Assembly (NCBI RefSeq): GCF_018977255.1
Contig: NW_024704742.1
Span: 19,966,001-20,030,000 of the forward strand
Direction of reading: 5' to 3'
Length of the DNA: 64,000 bases
Source of the DNA: Callorhinchus milii
Lineage: Eukaryota
Shown piece by piece: positions 24,251 to 37,443 of the stretch. The position numbers were made by a program, and so were the translations under genes. Each line of letters opens with the position of its first letter. Position 1 is the stretch's first letter. The notes under the pieces are model-generated. The model made no database searches. It saw only the letters and a list, made by a program, of their open reading frames with translations, and was not told where the DNA came from.

Positions 24251-25986
24251 GTGAGTGCTGTCTGTTCATAGAATAACTGAACACATGATGAGGTAATATG
24301 AGCCAACTACAATTGCTCCCTTTGTAGATAATAATGGGTGTAATCTCATCTCAGAAAGGCCCTGTAGCACACTAAAAGACAGATAATGCCCTGAGGATAC
24401 AAATCATTTTGCTTTCCAATGAACTGACCATACTTATTAAGGTGCTGTGAATGGTAGCATAAACATGTAAGATTTTAAAGTTATGTTTCGAATTCAACTC
24501 AGCCGTGAACTTTTCTTTCCTTCCATCCCTCTCCCACGTCAAATAAATATTGTTTCAGCATAGGTAATTTGACACTTTTGAGATCAAAGGTGTCCTTCAC
24601 ACACCAAGCTCCTTCCTGGTCATCCCCACAGGCATTTTGCAGAATGCACATAGACTAAACTACGGGGTGAAATAGTAGAAAGGATGTTGCAAAGATTAGG
24701 ATGCAGGGACTTTAGAGCCTCTGATTTTTGAGGCAGCACAATGTTTGAGCAAGTACAATCTGCTTGATGTCTGTGACACTGTTGCTGTCTAGTTCTGCCG
24801 ACACATCCACCTCTGGTACTGCAGGTACAGCCGCACCACCCTAAAGAACAACGGGTGAAGAAGCATAATCAAAACTTCAAACAAGACAGCAAGCTACTGG
24901 ATCCATCCAGTGCCACAAAGTTCACAGAGATTGGTCCAACCTTGTGCGGTGCCACTGATAAATGCCACTGAGGCAGCGCCAATAAGGTTCCCCATTCTTC
25001 AACTAATTTAAAGAGTTGAAGGAGTAAGTTCCACACAAGGCTGAGAAAAAATATTGTAGCTCTGAGATAGTTTGTTAGCCTCGCTAATACAGCAACAATT
25101 TCCTTATGTTTTCCTCCTTCACCTAAAATTGAGTTAGAGAGTATGTTGGGGGTGAGCAAGAAAGGTTATTTGTCATTGGGTATTTCATTTTTTGAATTTA
25201 CGATCCTCTTAACCACCTCTTCTACCTATTGAAAGGACTAATTTACAGAATGAAGTAACAAAAATAAACTGCAGCACTGTTAGTGGGCTGCGGAGATCTG
25301 GGAACCATATGGGGAGGGATGTCTTCTTAATTCATGATGTCATTGAGTCAAAATCATTTTTAAGGGAAGCTTTATCTTCATGGGTTCTCCAATGTTTCAA
25401 TATTTGAGCAGTCCTCAGTTTTTTTTTGTGTGTTTGAGTGGTGCGGGAGAAAGGTCACTGAATTGAACTGTAAAGTTCTACATGGTAGGTGATATTTTAT
25501 ATTCATTGTATTTAAAATGTTTTTAAATGATGATTCAAATGAGATGTTGAGAGATCAAAGTTTCCAGAAATCAGCCTGCCTGGTCGGGAGCTATTTAAGT
25601 ACTTTTCATAAAAATAGTATGTTGTACCTGCAGTAGGCCCCATTTACTGTCCTCATTTTAAAAAAATTGAAACTCAGATTATAAATTGATCATCTCAATG
25701 CAACATTTTAATTATTGTATCATTTCACTTAATTATTGCAGCTTTAAAATAGTCATTTTGTTCACAGAGGGTAAATATTATGACTGGACTGGGGAGTGTT
25801 TGAGACTTAATACAATGATCATGGTCACTATTTTGTGTTGTGATGATTGAAGTGACTGGACTGTGTTATGTCCCTTGGCTTCTGTTACTGCATGTCTGAG
25901 ATCTGGTCTTTTCTGTCTGAGCTTGTGATCTTTCTCTATCTTTCTTTCTATACCCACGCTTCAATATTCATGGCTCTCACTTACAG

Positions 25987-26010
25987 GAAGAAGAAATGGA
26001 GAAGTCTTGG
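25987..26010 (+). CDS. RAPGEF2: RAPGEF2 24-nt microexon (R)KKKWRSL(G)
   Basis: TTACAG|GAAGAAGAAATGGAGAAGTCTTGG|GTAAGT with a long pyrimidine tract upstream; phase 2-2; gives MFRTRKKKWRSLGSLSQGS as in vertebrate RAPGEF2. Confidence 0.9.
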
Positions 26011-27911
26011 GTAAGTGGTGGTACTGTAGGCAATGAGGACATGTTTTGCTATTTGCATTATTCCTATCTGCTGATTCCCTTTTGCTTCAACATTTTTCAG
26101 TTTAACCCATTTGTGTGCTGGCCTCCTGTTGAATGAACTTTACCTACTGACATAAATTTTCATCTAACATTTGCTTAGGCTACTAAGGTCATTTAAAAAA
26201 AAAGTTTACAAGCACCATCTTTGGAACCATGAGAGCAGACAGCCCTCTGAAAGTCAAAAATATAATGAAGATTGGAACTGACATTTAAATATGTACATGA
26301 CAAAGTGGCTTAGAATGGATGTGATTCTGGAAGACATCTGATTTTTTTAAAAAAGTATAAATTCAAATATTTACAAATTAAAATATTGGCATTATTATAT
26401 TTGTATGAGTAATTAAGTATTACAATTTTACACACTTTCGTGTGCTGGATTTAACTCATGGTTTCATTTATGACTGTGGTGATCCCTAGACTTATAACAC
26501 TTGACTTTTATAAATACAGAGGAACTGTTATAGCACCATTTGATTGTATGCTGCCATGCTTATAGTGCAGTCTACTGTGGACCCATGATAACTGGAAGAT
26601 CTGGTACATCTGACTTTCAGCACTGAACTAGCTGGCTTCTCATATTAAATTGGCTAACTTCCAGTTTATCAGGTTGCTGCTGACTTTATTTCCTGGATGG
26701 ACATCAGCCGTGACCTGCTGAGTTGGAAGTTGGCCATTGTTTCACGCCTCACTTGGCTGATGAGTCATTGGACCCAGCTGACTGCACTATACGTTTTCCC
26801 TGTATTTTAACAGAAATGCTATTATATCATGGATATCAAATTAAATTGCATTGGTTAAATTTATATTTGGGCAAGTATTTTTGCATATGTATGCATAATT
26901 GTACATTTTTCAATATCGAGGAAAGCTTTGTTCTTAAATAACTGTATTGGGTGGTCGGTGTAGTAGGTGTGATTTTTGAAGTACCAGAGTTGAGTACCTT
27001 CGGGTTTTTGACAACAATAACAATAACAACAACTCTGGTACCCTTTAAGTAGGCTAATGTCGTTGAGCATGAAGGCGGGGTTGGACAGCAGGAGAGGAAA
27101 GGGAGTGATCATAAGGTGTTCGAGGAAGTAGGTTTTGAGGCAGGACTTTAAGACAGAGATGGGGCCACGAGGAGGCAGGGAATGAGAGAGTGGAACATAG
27201 AGCAGCGGCTGGGGGAGACTAGGAGGAGACAGAGAGGCTCGGGTCTGAAAACGTTAACCAAAATGCTCAAGCAGAGATTGTGAGATACTGAGGAAAGAAA
27301 GCCAAATGTCGGAAAAGGTGAGCATGGTTTTGTCAGGCTTCTGAGGAGACAGCGGTTATTTGTTTTCCAAATGCAAGTTGTTGTTGTTTCATCTTCCTGT
27401 GCAAGGGAAAATATTAGATTTTGTGAGGAGAAAGAGTGGGGTGCATGAATTGCATATCCTTCATCAAATGATGCAAGGCAAAATGGTGAGTGGGGAGGGA
27501 GATGGGATATATTTTACATTTCGAAAATAATGTATTGATATTACCAGGACTTATTATAGCTGCTATTTAACATTAGTGTTGCATGAACTTTAATTCTTGC
27601 TCCAACCTTCTGACAAAATAGTGGCTTCTATTAAACTTCTGGGCAGAGATGCTTATAGTGGTGACATTTTTGATTGTCAAGTTGGAGCAAGATAGGACTA
27701 ACTTCAGAGTAGCTGCTGTTGAAAGGATCGGACAGCTGTTCCTCTCTTCCTCCCTCCCATTTCATTCTTCATTTTTATCTGTCTGACACTGGAATGAAGC
27801 ATGTGGTATTTTGCGCTTGAACAAAGACTGACCTCAATGTGACTTTTGCATGTACCAGTCTTTAACCCCCAAGCTGAAACCAGTGCCATCTGTCTCTTTC
27901 CTCCATGGCAG

Positions 27912-28135
27912 GTCACTTAGCCAGGGCAGTACAAATGCTGCTGTGCTGGATGTGGTGCAAACAGGGGGGCATAAGAAACGGGTCCGCCGCAGCTCATTTC
28001 TCAATGCGAAGAAACTCTATGAAGATGCACAGATGGCTCGGAAAGTAAAACAATATCTGGCTAACCTCAATTTGGACATGGATGAAGAAAGCCTGCAGGC
28101 CTTATCACTGCAGTGCGAGCCATCCACTAATACAC
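27912..28135 (+). CDS. RAPGEF2: RAPGEF2 exon
   Basis: [55 protein letters not shown]...[16 protein letters not shown]; 224 nt, phase 2-1. Confidence 0.94.
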
Positions 28136-29909
28136 GTGAGTCACAGACTTCGAAAAATCATTTAATTTTGAATATCTAATATATATCTATTTTACATATT
28201 ATTGCTAAAGCTATTTATCAAAACATTTCTGTTAAAAAGTTATTTGCATGCAATGCTGTAGAGAAAGCTTTTGATTTTTGTTTATAAGCCTTTTCATGAT
28301 GAAGTATTTAGAAGTATGATGCCATCTTTGATGGCTTAGGGGATAAAGACAATGCCGTTAAATGTAGACTCAAGGTTTGCAGGTTTGAATCATGTTCTTT
28401 GTTTAGCTCACTGATCTCAGTTGGGACAACTGAGCTACTAGAATTGACCTCAGTTCCTGTGGGTTAGAAGGGTTAAGGTATTAACGTTCCCAATTTGATT
28501 GCTTCTCGGAGATCCCTGCTGGAAGGATATCAGGTGAGGACAGGAAGGATTGGGCATCTGTTCTGATACTGCCTCCCTCCTGCAGAGTCAAATAGTTTAC
28601 CAACACTTGGAGTTAAGTAATACAATTTGAGCAATGTGCCAGAAGGTGACCAGTGCCTGGACAGATACAATGATTTGCTTTCAGAAGAGCTGTAGGGAAG
28701 TGGGGGTGGGTAATTGAAGTGGGGGGAATCAATTTTATTAGGTATTTGATTTTTAATGTAGCTCTTAATTATTGGGGGAAAACAGCTGGGCCACCTCCAG
28801 TCCCTCACCCATGGCCATTATTATGGGTGGGCCTAGGGAATAAGTCTTGGCATGTGTGTAATTGTAGTGGGGACAGTACAGAAAGGACAAATTAACAGCG
28901 AGTAGTATCACTGACTGGATTATACTGTGGTTGCATTAATTGTATAATATTTTTACAGACAGGACATCTGTTAGCAATATTTTAATCAGAAACACTTGAG
29001 CATACAGTATTATTTTGAAAATAGTGTTTGAATTGGCAAACAGAATACGTAAGGGACTGAGTGCAGAACTCTAGTCAATATTTCAAACAGGATCATTTGT
29101 ATTCATACATGGCAACTCGCAAATAAATGTCTGTCTTGGATCAGCAAAAACTGTCCTCACTCTGGAAACAACTAGTGGAGCAGTTTGAAGGGGAGAAATT
29201 GTTTTCCACAAGTAAAACTTAATTCCTTTTCACATAGTACTGTACATAAATCAGGGAAATATTCCCATCGAACTGGTAGTTAAAGTGAATAAGTACAGTG
29301 AATAATTCTCCATTCAATCAGTTCGGAATGAATTAAATATGATCACCAGATTGGAATTTTAACAGAAAGTATTAAACCTAAGTGTCCAGGAAATATAGCT
29401 GTAGAGCTAGCTGTAGAGACAGCACAGGTAAAATGGTCAGAATGGCCTTCTCTGTGCTCTGTGGTTTTATGGTATCAATCCCCTTTGGAAAAATGTGGTG
29501 CATGGTAAATCCTTACTTATGTCAATCCTTTTTTTTCTATTTAACATCCATAATCTTGATCCGACTGTGCATTAAACTAATCAGCCTCGGAAGTTGGTTA
29601 AGCATTAACATTTATAACTGTATAATCTTCACTATGTATTTGCTCTAAGCATTTACCAGAATGTGTGTTCCTTGAAAATATGATTTTTAATGAACTTATG
29701 GCTGGCATCTTTTTTGAATTCCGTACCAATCGCTCTCAGTTGGATTTGGCATTCAAGTGATAATGACGACAAAGTTGTGAAATACATCTGAAGTATTTGT
29801 TTTCTTTAAGTGTAAAGATAGATGATTTGAAAATTGTAGAGCAGTTTAGAACCTTCTTTTCAGAACTAATCTGTGCTTCTTACTTGTTTATTTCTCAATT
29901 GTTGAATAG

Positions 29910-30098
29910 TACCCAAGAGCATAGGAGACAAGAAAGCAGGGAAACCATCAGACACATCGCCAGTTGCTCCAAGATCAGGAGCACAACATCTGAAACAGCA
30001 GCAGCAGAAAGCAAACCAGGCCCTTCAGGTCCCAGTCCAAGCTGTAACCATGTATCAATCACGGAAGAAAGTACCAATTAAGGATCTCCCACCATTTG
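29910..30098 (+). CDS. RAPGEF2: RAPGEF2 exon, C-terminal disordered region
   Basis: [76 protein letters not shown]; 189 nt, phase 1-1. Confidence 0.92.
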
Positions 30099-30632
30099 GT
30101 AATTCAGGGTTTCTAAATGCGTACATAATTCTCAGAACTGCATTTGATACTTTTCCCTTTGCCTCTACCCAAAATGTGCATTAAAAATAGCCTAGCTGGA
30201 GTACCGTTGCAATAAAGTGTGGAATGGTTTGTTCTCGTTCTTGTGAATATTGACAATCCTAGAATGTTACAGTACAGAAACCGGCCATTTGGCCCATCAA
30301 GTCTGTACTGGTGTTTTTCTTGATATAAGCTACCTTATCTAATCCCACTCTTAATTGTTGTTATTCTTTTACAATTATTGATCTGATTTCCTTTTTTCAA
30401 AAAAAATTGCCCTCCTCAGAAGTATTTCTGCAATCCAGTCACACCCTCTATGTAAAGGAAAATTCTAACCCCTTTCATTAGTTAAGTTATCTTGAATTTG
30501 TGATTTTTACATTTATTTCAGTAAATGTTTCCTCTTCTCTGTTGTATGCTTGCTTAATGTTATTTACTGTGCAGGCATTGAAGCCAGGGATGTTGCTTCA
30601 ATTGCAGTATGATTTTTATTCCTATCCTTAAG

Positions 30633-30785
30633 GTACTCATTCTCCTCAAGCCTTGAAGAAAATTCTGTCCTTGTCTGAAGAGGCAAATTTGGATCGAAAT
30701 AAAAAGCAATCAGAAGATACAATATCAAACACATCTTCCCAGCTGTCATCTCCCCCTACATCTCCTCAGACCTCTCCAAGGAAAG
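30633..30785 (+). CDS. RAPGEF2: RAPGEF2 exon
   Basis: [64 protein letters not shown]; 153 nt, phase 1-1. Confidence 0.92.
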
Positions 30786-32403
30786 GTAGCGTCTTAATAT
30801 GTCCCAGATCCCAAAAGAGAAATCAAAATTCCTTCTCCCTCACTCAAAAACGTAGTTTACTAACAAAGTGTGATACAAATACTTATTCAGTCCTGATTTC
30901 CAATCTACTGCAAGTGCACTTTTCGTCTGCAACTGCCTAGTTATCTACATGTGCAAATATTGCCCCATTACTTATAGTGGCTATTCATGTGTGCTCTCAC
31001 CTTATAAAATTTGGAAGATATATGGCGTTTGTTCAGGCTTAACTAGTTTAAGGCATATTCCCCCCAACAAAAGGACAAAATGGCACAATAATTTTACTCA
31101 CTCCTTAAATGCATACCAAATGCGCTTTGAGACGTCTCGAATACTTGATAAATGCAAGGATTATTGTTATGTTTACTTTTAACGTTATTACATTGATCCA
31201 ATAGTGTTATCTACCACTAATACACCCAATTGTGTTTTGCATGACATTTTTGATTTGTAGAAAGAAAAATTAATCAAAACACTGTAGATAAGTACTGCAA
31301 TTATTCTTGCAAAAATATACCACCTTAATTGCATAACTGACAAATATGACATACAACTCCCATATAAATTAAAAGAAAAAGAAATGCATCCTGTTCTCTT
31401 TGTTGCTACTTGTTGGCTCAGGTCTTATTCTGCATAACCATGTGACTTTGGATAGCACAAAAGCTGAAATGTCTTTCCACCATCATCGCGCAGACTAATA
31501 GCTGCTTAGCTGACTAACTGATAGATAACAGTCAATTTTTTCCCTGTCAGTTTAGTTGGTCTGAGAAGTTCAATATCTGTTTCTGTGTGGAAGGCTACGA
31601 TATGTCCTTGAGCAGAACCACCAACTCATAAAGTGCAGTAGAACACGAACAGCATAATTAAAAACAAACCCAGAATAGAACACAAAATGCTCATTAGATT
31701 TAGGGTTGTGGTGAGCAGTATTGCTGATGTATGATGTTGAACAGCATTAGTGAAGCCCCGTTTTAGCAGTTATTCCATAAGGTTGTATTTTACACTTAAC
31801 ATCTTCCTAAGACACTGATTTTCAAACGATAAATCTCATCACTTAGATGCAGACAATAGGTAATAATAGGTATTCAGGTTGTTGGGAAAATGAGCTCTGT
31901 CCTTTCAATGATTATTTCATATTTTGTAATCTTTTTCATACCTTTTTGGTAAATATTTTTGAGATTGTTGTTAATTTCATTAATTTCTAGTAAGGTGAGC
32001 ATTTAAAAGATATTTTGTAGGTGTATTTTTGTCTAACCGGTAGATTTTTGAGTTTATCAAGTGTGACCTTCCACATTTTCAGCCTGCTGTGAATTTACCA
32101 GTAAGGAGTATGTGGTCGCCACATCTTGTATAAGTGTGGAATAACCTTTGTATGTACAGGTGGCTAATGGACCCGATAATCGTATTTTAAAAAGGATAGA
32201 GAAAAAAATCAGGCTTGTTGCCAACTCTTATTTGAGGTTTAAATGCTCCTTAGAACTCTTTGTGAATTAGTCAGACAATGACCCCCCCCTCCTCCCCACC
32301 ACAGCAAAGGTTGTCTGGAAAAATGAGAGCTTGGTTCTGTTCAAGGAGATACGGTGAATGATAGATTTGATTTCTAAACTGGTTTTCTCATCCTGTTTGT
32401 CAG

Positions 32404-32520
32404 GTTGCAGTAAGCCGAGATCTCATGGCTCCAGACAGTCGGACCTAACAGGCTCTTCATCCTCTCTTGGAAGTGAAAACAGTAACAAGAATAACAATGC
32501 ACCACGGATCTATGGGATAG
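32404..32520 (+). CDS. RAPGEF2: Probable optional (cassette) RAPGEF2 exon, 39 aa
   Basis: Pyrimidine tract plus GTCAG|GT; GCSKPRSHGSRQSDLTGSSSSLGSENSNKNNNAPRIYGI; ATAG|GTGGGG; 117 nt, phase 1-1, no stop, Ser-rich like its neighbours. Confidence 0.65.
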
Positions 32521-34518
32521 GTGGGGTTGTCGTACAAAGCAAAATCTACTAGTTTAGTTGAGGGATTGGTAGCCTTAGGGCACTCAGTTGAGACGAGCAG
32601 CGGCTGCAGTGATGGCTCTAGGATGTTTTTAAGCCAAGTTGAGTAAACTGGTGTTGAAAATGGTACAATTATCACAGGCAAGAAATTTAGAGAGTGATTT
32701 GTACATCCTTGACATAGGTGATGGAGAAACATGTTAGACTAGAAAGATGAGACAGATTGTCTTTCTGCAGTTTATTAGAAAAGACAACGATAGATTATAA
32801 AAACTAAAATTGTGGGTTAGGGCTGTTGGGAGCTGAGCTGAGTGCAGTGACACAGCCTAATAGAAAAAGAGAATTTGCAAACAAAACATTACGTCTTCCA
32901 GCATTTTGGATAGTTGGAACGTACCATTTCACAATGAAGTTCAAATTTCATGTTTTTAAAATATAGAAATTTTTAAAGTGGCATAAATGCATAAAATGAC
33001 CTGAGCCACCAACATCAGATAAAGGAGAAACATGATATAAATTCTTTCAACTTTTGCCATTCCAAATATGTACATTTTCTTGTGTTTAAACCCATCTAAA
33101 TGGTTGTGTTGCTCAAAAAAAACCTCACCTTGAGTCTTGCAGTTCCAGTGACTGCATTTATCTGTATAGATGATTGTGAAATTAGTAGAACAGTACCATA
33201 TTGAAGTAGTTTAGTGGATTCGGCGTCAACCGCTCTAGTTCTAAAGTCCCTATCCCTGACGGTGACAATTCAGATACTAAACGCAAAATGTACATGTGTA
33301 GGTTTGTACAATGAAGTTCACAAGACAAAATGTGCTGGAACAATTTCAACCCTTTTGACAATCCCTGTGGAAGAATTAAATCACAAATTGACTGATATTC
33401 TGTCACTTGTGAAAGAAAAAGACCTTCATAATTCATCCCATGCTTACAAGGCTCTCCTACTTATCTTCAAATAAGTTGCAAAAACAAAATTGCAACACAC
33501 AGCAGACATATTAATTACTAAACATGTTCATTTGCTGTCAAGTTGCATGATTATTAATTCCGATGCTTATTTTGCCTTTTCGGATACGTTTTTGGACATG
33601 CAGTCTTCTACGATTGCCTCTTTTGGGGGAAACTTAAGCTTGTAATTGCCTTTTAATTTTTAGATTGCCAGTAAGCCTATGGAAATTGTGATCTCTGTGG
33701 GCCCATCAGTTTTTCACTTGTGCACTACTGCCCCCCTCCTCACAAAAATGGAGTACTGGAATGATTAGCCTTACAGTAATAACCGTAACCCATTACAATC
33801 GATTTTCACTTTAATTTAAAAAAANCTTCCTGTGCTTGTCCTGTGATGCATTTTCTCCCATCTTTGTTTCCATATTCTTGCCTTTTATAATTTAACTTAA
33901 AATTATTTTCTGCAAGTTTATGCAATTTATGTTTCTAATGTTATGGCCTTTTAAACCTATAGCGATTTTAAAATTCAGTTTTGCTGCCAGAGATCTGGCA
34001 TTACATTCGGGTGAAATCTTACAGTCATGATGATAAGCTTCAAAATTTAATACAGGCACATTTCAAGTTTTTACTCGAATTGTGTTTATTCAAATTTTTC
34101 ATTTCTATAAAGGTTAAAAATCTTTTACAAAGGACATATTCCCTATTTTTACCTGTGCATTACAAGAAAGCCTGCAGTATCGCACGAAGGCCTGCCATTC
34201 AATAAAGCGTTGTTTTCAAAGGTTTTCTTTAATATAAAATTAGCTTGCTTTAACCAAAATACTGTAACTTGAACTTGAAGGTCTTTGTCTTCCCTTTGTA
34301 TCCTGTATGAAGAGAGCCTTTATTCCAATGGCTTCCTCAAACAGCATTCAATTTTGATTTTATACCAGTTCAGTTTTATTTAATGGAGTGGATGTGAAAC
34401 AACACTGCAATATTTTCAAAGGTCTGATCATTATATATTTTTTCTTCCCAGCACTTCAATTTGTAAGAGGTACTGAAATCCTAGATCCCATGTAATACAA
34501 TGTTGTTCCATTTTCTAG

Positions 34519-34747
34519 GTTTTGCTTTAGCACCGAGTGCCACTGCAGATAATTTCTCGGACTCTGGGCACAGTGAAATTTCCTCCCGCTCCAGCATTGT
34601 CAGCAATTCTTCCTTTGACTCTGTGTCTGTCATGCTGCACGATGACAGACGGCAGCGGCTTTCTGTCGGTGTTGTGGATTCAAATCTAGGCATAGAGAGA
34701 AGATTGGAGAAGCGATCAACGATAGACTCGGATCAATACTGTGTCAG
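34519..34747 (+). CDS. RAPGEF2: RAPGEF2 exon
   Basis: [44 protein letters not shown]...DSDQYCV; AG|GTTGGA; 229 nt, phase 1-2. Confidence 0.93.
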
Positions 34748-35532
34748 GTTGGAGAATGCATTTTTTAATATCAAAAAAATGTGGTACTGCAATTAGAGAA
34801 ATAGTTTTTTCCTCTTTCTGATTAGTATGTTAAAAAACCAATCTTATTGCTAACTGTACAATCAGTTCAGATTAGACAAGCTAGGGCTCTTCAGTCTTGA
34901 GACAAGACATCTCACAGGGTTCCTGATAACGTTGTATACAATTTTAAGTGGGATTGAAAAAGTAAACCCAGAACAGTAAACCAAGAGGATATAGGTTTAG
35001 AGTCGCAAAGAGAAATTTGAGGACAGATACTAAGATACTGCAGAAGCATTGTGGTGCAATCCCCACACCTGTGTACCTTGTGAATGCTACCAAATTACAA
35101 GTCAATTCCCCAACCAACTGAACTATTTTCTTGCAGTTTATTAATTCAGAGTTGGAATGAGGCCGTGTGCACTGAGCTGCCAAGGGGTGACTCTCCTCTT
35201 TATTCTAAAGGATAGCTTAATAAAGATACAATTAATAATAACATAAGTAATAGCTGCGGCTCAAGATCAATTTGATAGCATGAGCAAGAACGTATTTTTG
35301 ACTATTCCATTTTGTTCCAACTTGCAAGCCTGTATTGATAATGTTTAAGGATTGCAAACATACTATGCAATGCTACTTTCTAATTTTTGATACCAGTGTT
35401 ATTGTAAAGATTTACTAAGTTAAAAAATCTGCAACTGGTGTATATTGCCAGAAACTCCTTACAGGGCTGTAATATTCAGTATGTGGATATTGTTTTCCAA
35501 CCTTTAAAACAAACATTTCTCTTCTTGTTTAG

Positions 35533-36101
35533 TCCCTTTGCACCAACAAGCACAGAGAGCAGAGGAACCCTGTATGCAGGGCCAGCAGTACTCTCTTCGC
35601 CCAGTATGGAGGAATTAACCCAGGACCAAGGGGACCGGGCTTCTCTTGATGCAGCAGATAGTGGTCGAGGAAGTTGGACTTCATGTTCCAGTGGTTCTCA
35701 TGACAACATTCAAACAATTCAGCATCAGAAAAGCTGGGAGTCACTCAGTAGTTTTGGGAATCTTATTTATGAAAGCTCTGCTGAAGGAACAGGACTACCA
35801 TCTTCATGGGCTACAGGCAGCCAGATGGACCAAACTATATTTTCAGAACATGGCACAAAATACAGTACACATAGTCAGCTTAAAGATGATCCCGCTCAGT
35901 GCAGAAGTAGCTGGGCATCATCAACAGGTTATTGGGCAGAGGACTCTGAAGGTGACACAGGAACTATAAAACGGAGAGGTGGTAAAGATGTGTCAGTTGA
36001 TTCTGAAGGAAGTGGTGCAACGTTAACAGCAGAAGACTCCAAGCAGAATGCTAGGCCTTCTCACATAGCAGTATCTTCCTCAACAGCAAAAGGTCTCATT
36101 G
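35533..36101 (+). CDS. RAPGEF2: RAPGEF2 exon containing the DSGRGS (beta-TrCP-type DSGxxS) degron
   Basis: TTTAG|T; SPFAPT...[39 protein letters not shown]...[27 protein letters not shown]...AKGLI; G|GTAAGT; 569 nt, phase 2-1. DSGRGS is encoded at 35657-35674. Confidence 0.94.
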
Positions 36102-37443
36102 GTAAGTGTAGTTCCAGCAATATTAAGGTTTGTCGAGTTGCACTCAAAGCATTTACACATGAAGCTTGTTTTTCCAATTTGATTTAATTTCTGAAAGCTG
36201 TTATATCCTCATTGCTCCACTTTATAACAGACTCTTTTACATCTCTCTCCTATACCTCAATGCTGCACCATCCCTGCTAATGGGGAGGGGAGCCACAGTA
36301 TTCTCAAATCAATATGTGCTTGATCTGTCTTTGAGGAAGTTTGCAAAATTGACCATTTCTGCCATTTTCCTATCCACAATCATAGGGAGTGATCTGATTT
36401 CTGTTCAGTGCAGCACATAGTGAATAATCCAGGATGGAAACCACAACCCACTATTCTGTGGCACTGTGCCCCCGTTCTATTTTCAATTAGGAGTCTCACA
36501 GTTAATCTGATTGTTGTAATTAATTTGTTGTGCACTGAATGACCCATGCAGTTTTCCAAATGTGCGTTGGCTTCTCTCATTTAAGCATTTGGTAGCTTAT
36601 TTTGGCTCTGACTCACTGCAACACCTTCTGTCATTTAACCTCTTTGAAATCTATTTCCTATAGAGACTGATTGAACACCAAACACCTAGTACAGTAGCTC
36701 AAATTTAAGTAATGTGATTTTTTAGAAATTCATAGGCTTTGGGGGGAAATAAATTGGGATGATATTTAAAGGGACAATTGCTAGGGTAGATGTTTTTCTA
36801 AAGTAGTTTATTTGTAATCTTTTTTAAAGATTGTGCAGCCAGAACACATCATCGTGGTTTACAATGCTTCCCTGAAATCACCCACCAACAATCTGCAGGA
36901 AAGTGGCCCAGAAGGATTCTTCCACCTTACATGTGCTGAAAAGCACTGAGGCAGAGAGATTCTTCTGGCTGACAGTGTTAGCAGCCATAAAAATAATAAT
37001 CCTTGTATTTGATATAGGGCCTGATCATTAAGTTGAGATGTCTCAAAGCGCTTCATACTGCAAAGTGAATTGACTGTATATTTTGTGGGCTAAACGCGGC
37101 AGACTATTGCACACAGCAGTGTCCCGCAAACAATTTCAGTATTTAAAAATATACTAAATACTTGGTGTTACCGCTGTCACCTCTTCAAATTCCAGTGTAA
37201 AACATGTTTCCCCAAAATATTAAATGTCCTGGGAAGTTTGAAAAAAACAGAAGTCTTCCTGGGGTTAAACTGTCACCGAGGAGAGATGCCTGGCAAAGCA
37301 GGCTTATCTGCAGTAATGCAAGGCAGACGTTAGAAGTATAGACATGTAACCAACTCCGTGAGCAAAAGCCCTACAATTTACCGGTTCTACCAGACAGGAT
37401 CTGTGGCTTGCTGTCATTGTTATCATTCTTATTAATGGCATTT

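Noticed and set aside
30575..30632. Upstream alternative acceptor (GCAG|GC) for the 30633 exon
   Set aside because: In-frame TGA at 30610-30612.
32160..32270. Possible additional exon after TACAG|G
   Set aside because: Stop codon (TAA) within three codons in the required phase; no supporting donor.
33214..33474. 86-aa + strand ORF in a RAPGEF2 intron
   Set aside because: Poor acceptor context, no similarity to RAPGEF2 or any family I recognise; likely chance.
33825..33825. Single N base
   Set aside because: Sequencing ambiguity at the end of a poly-A run; not biological.
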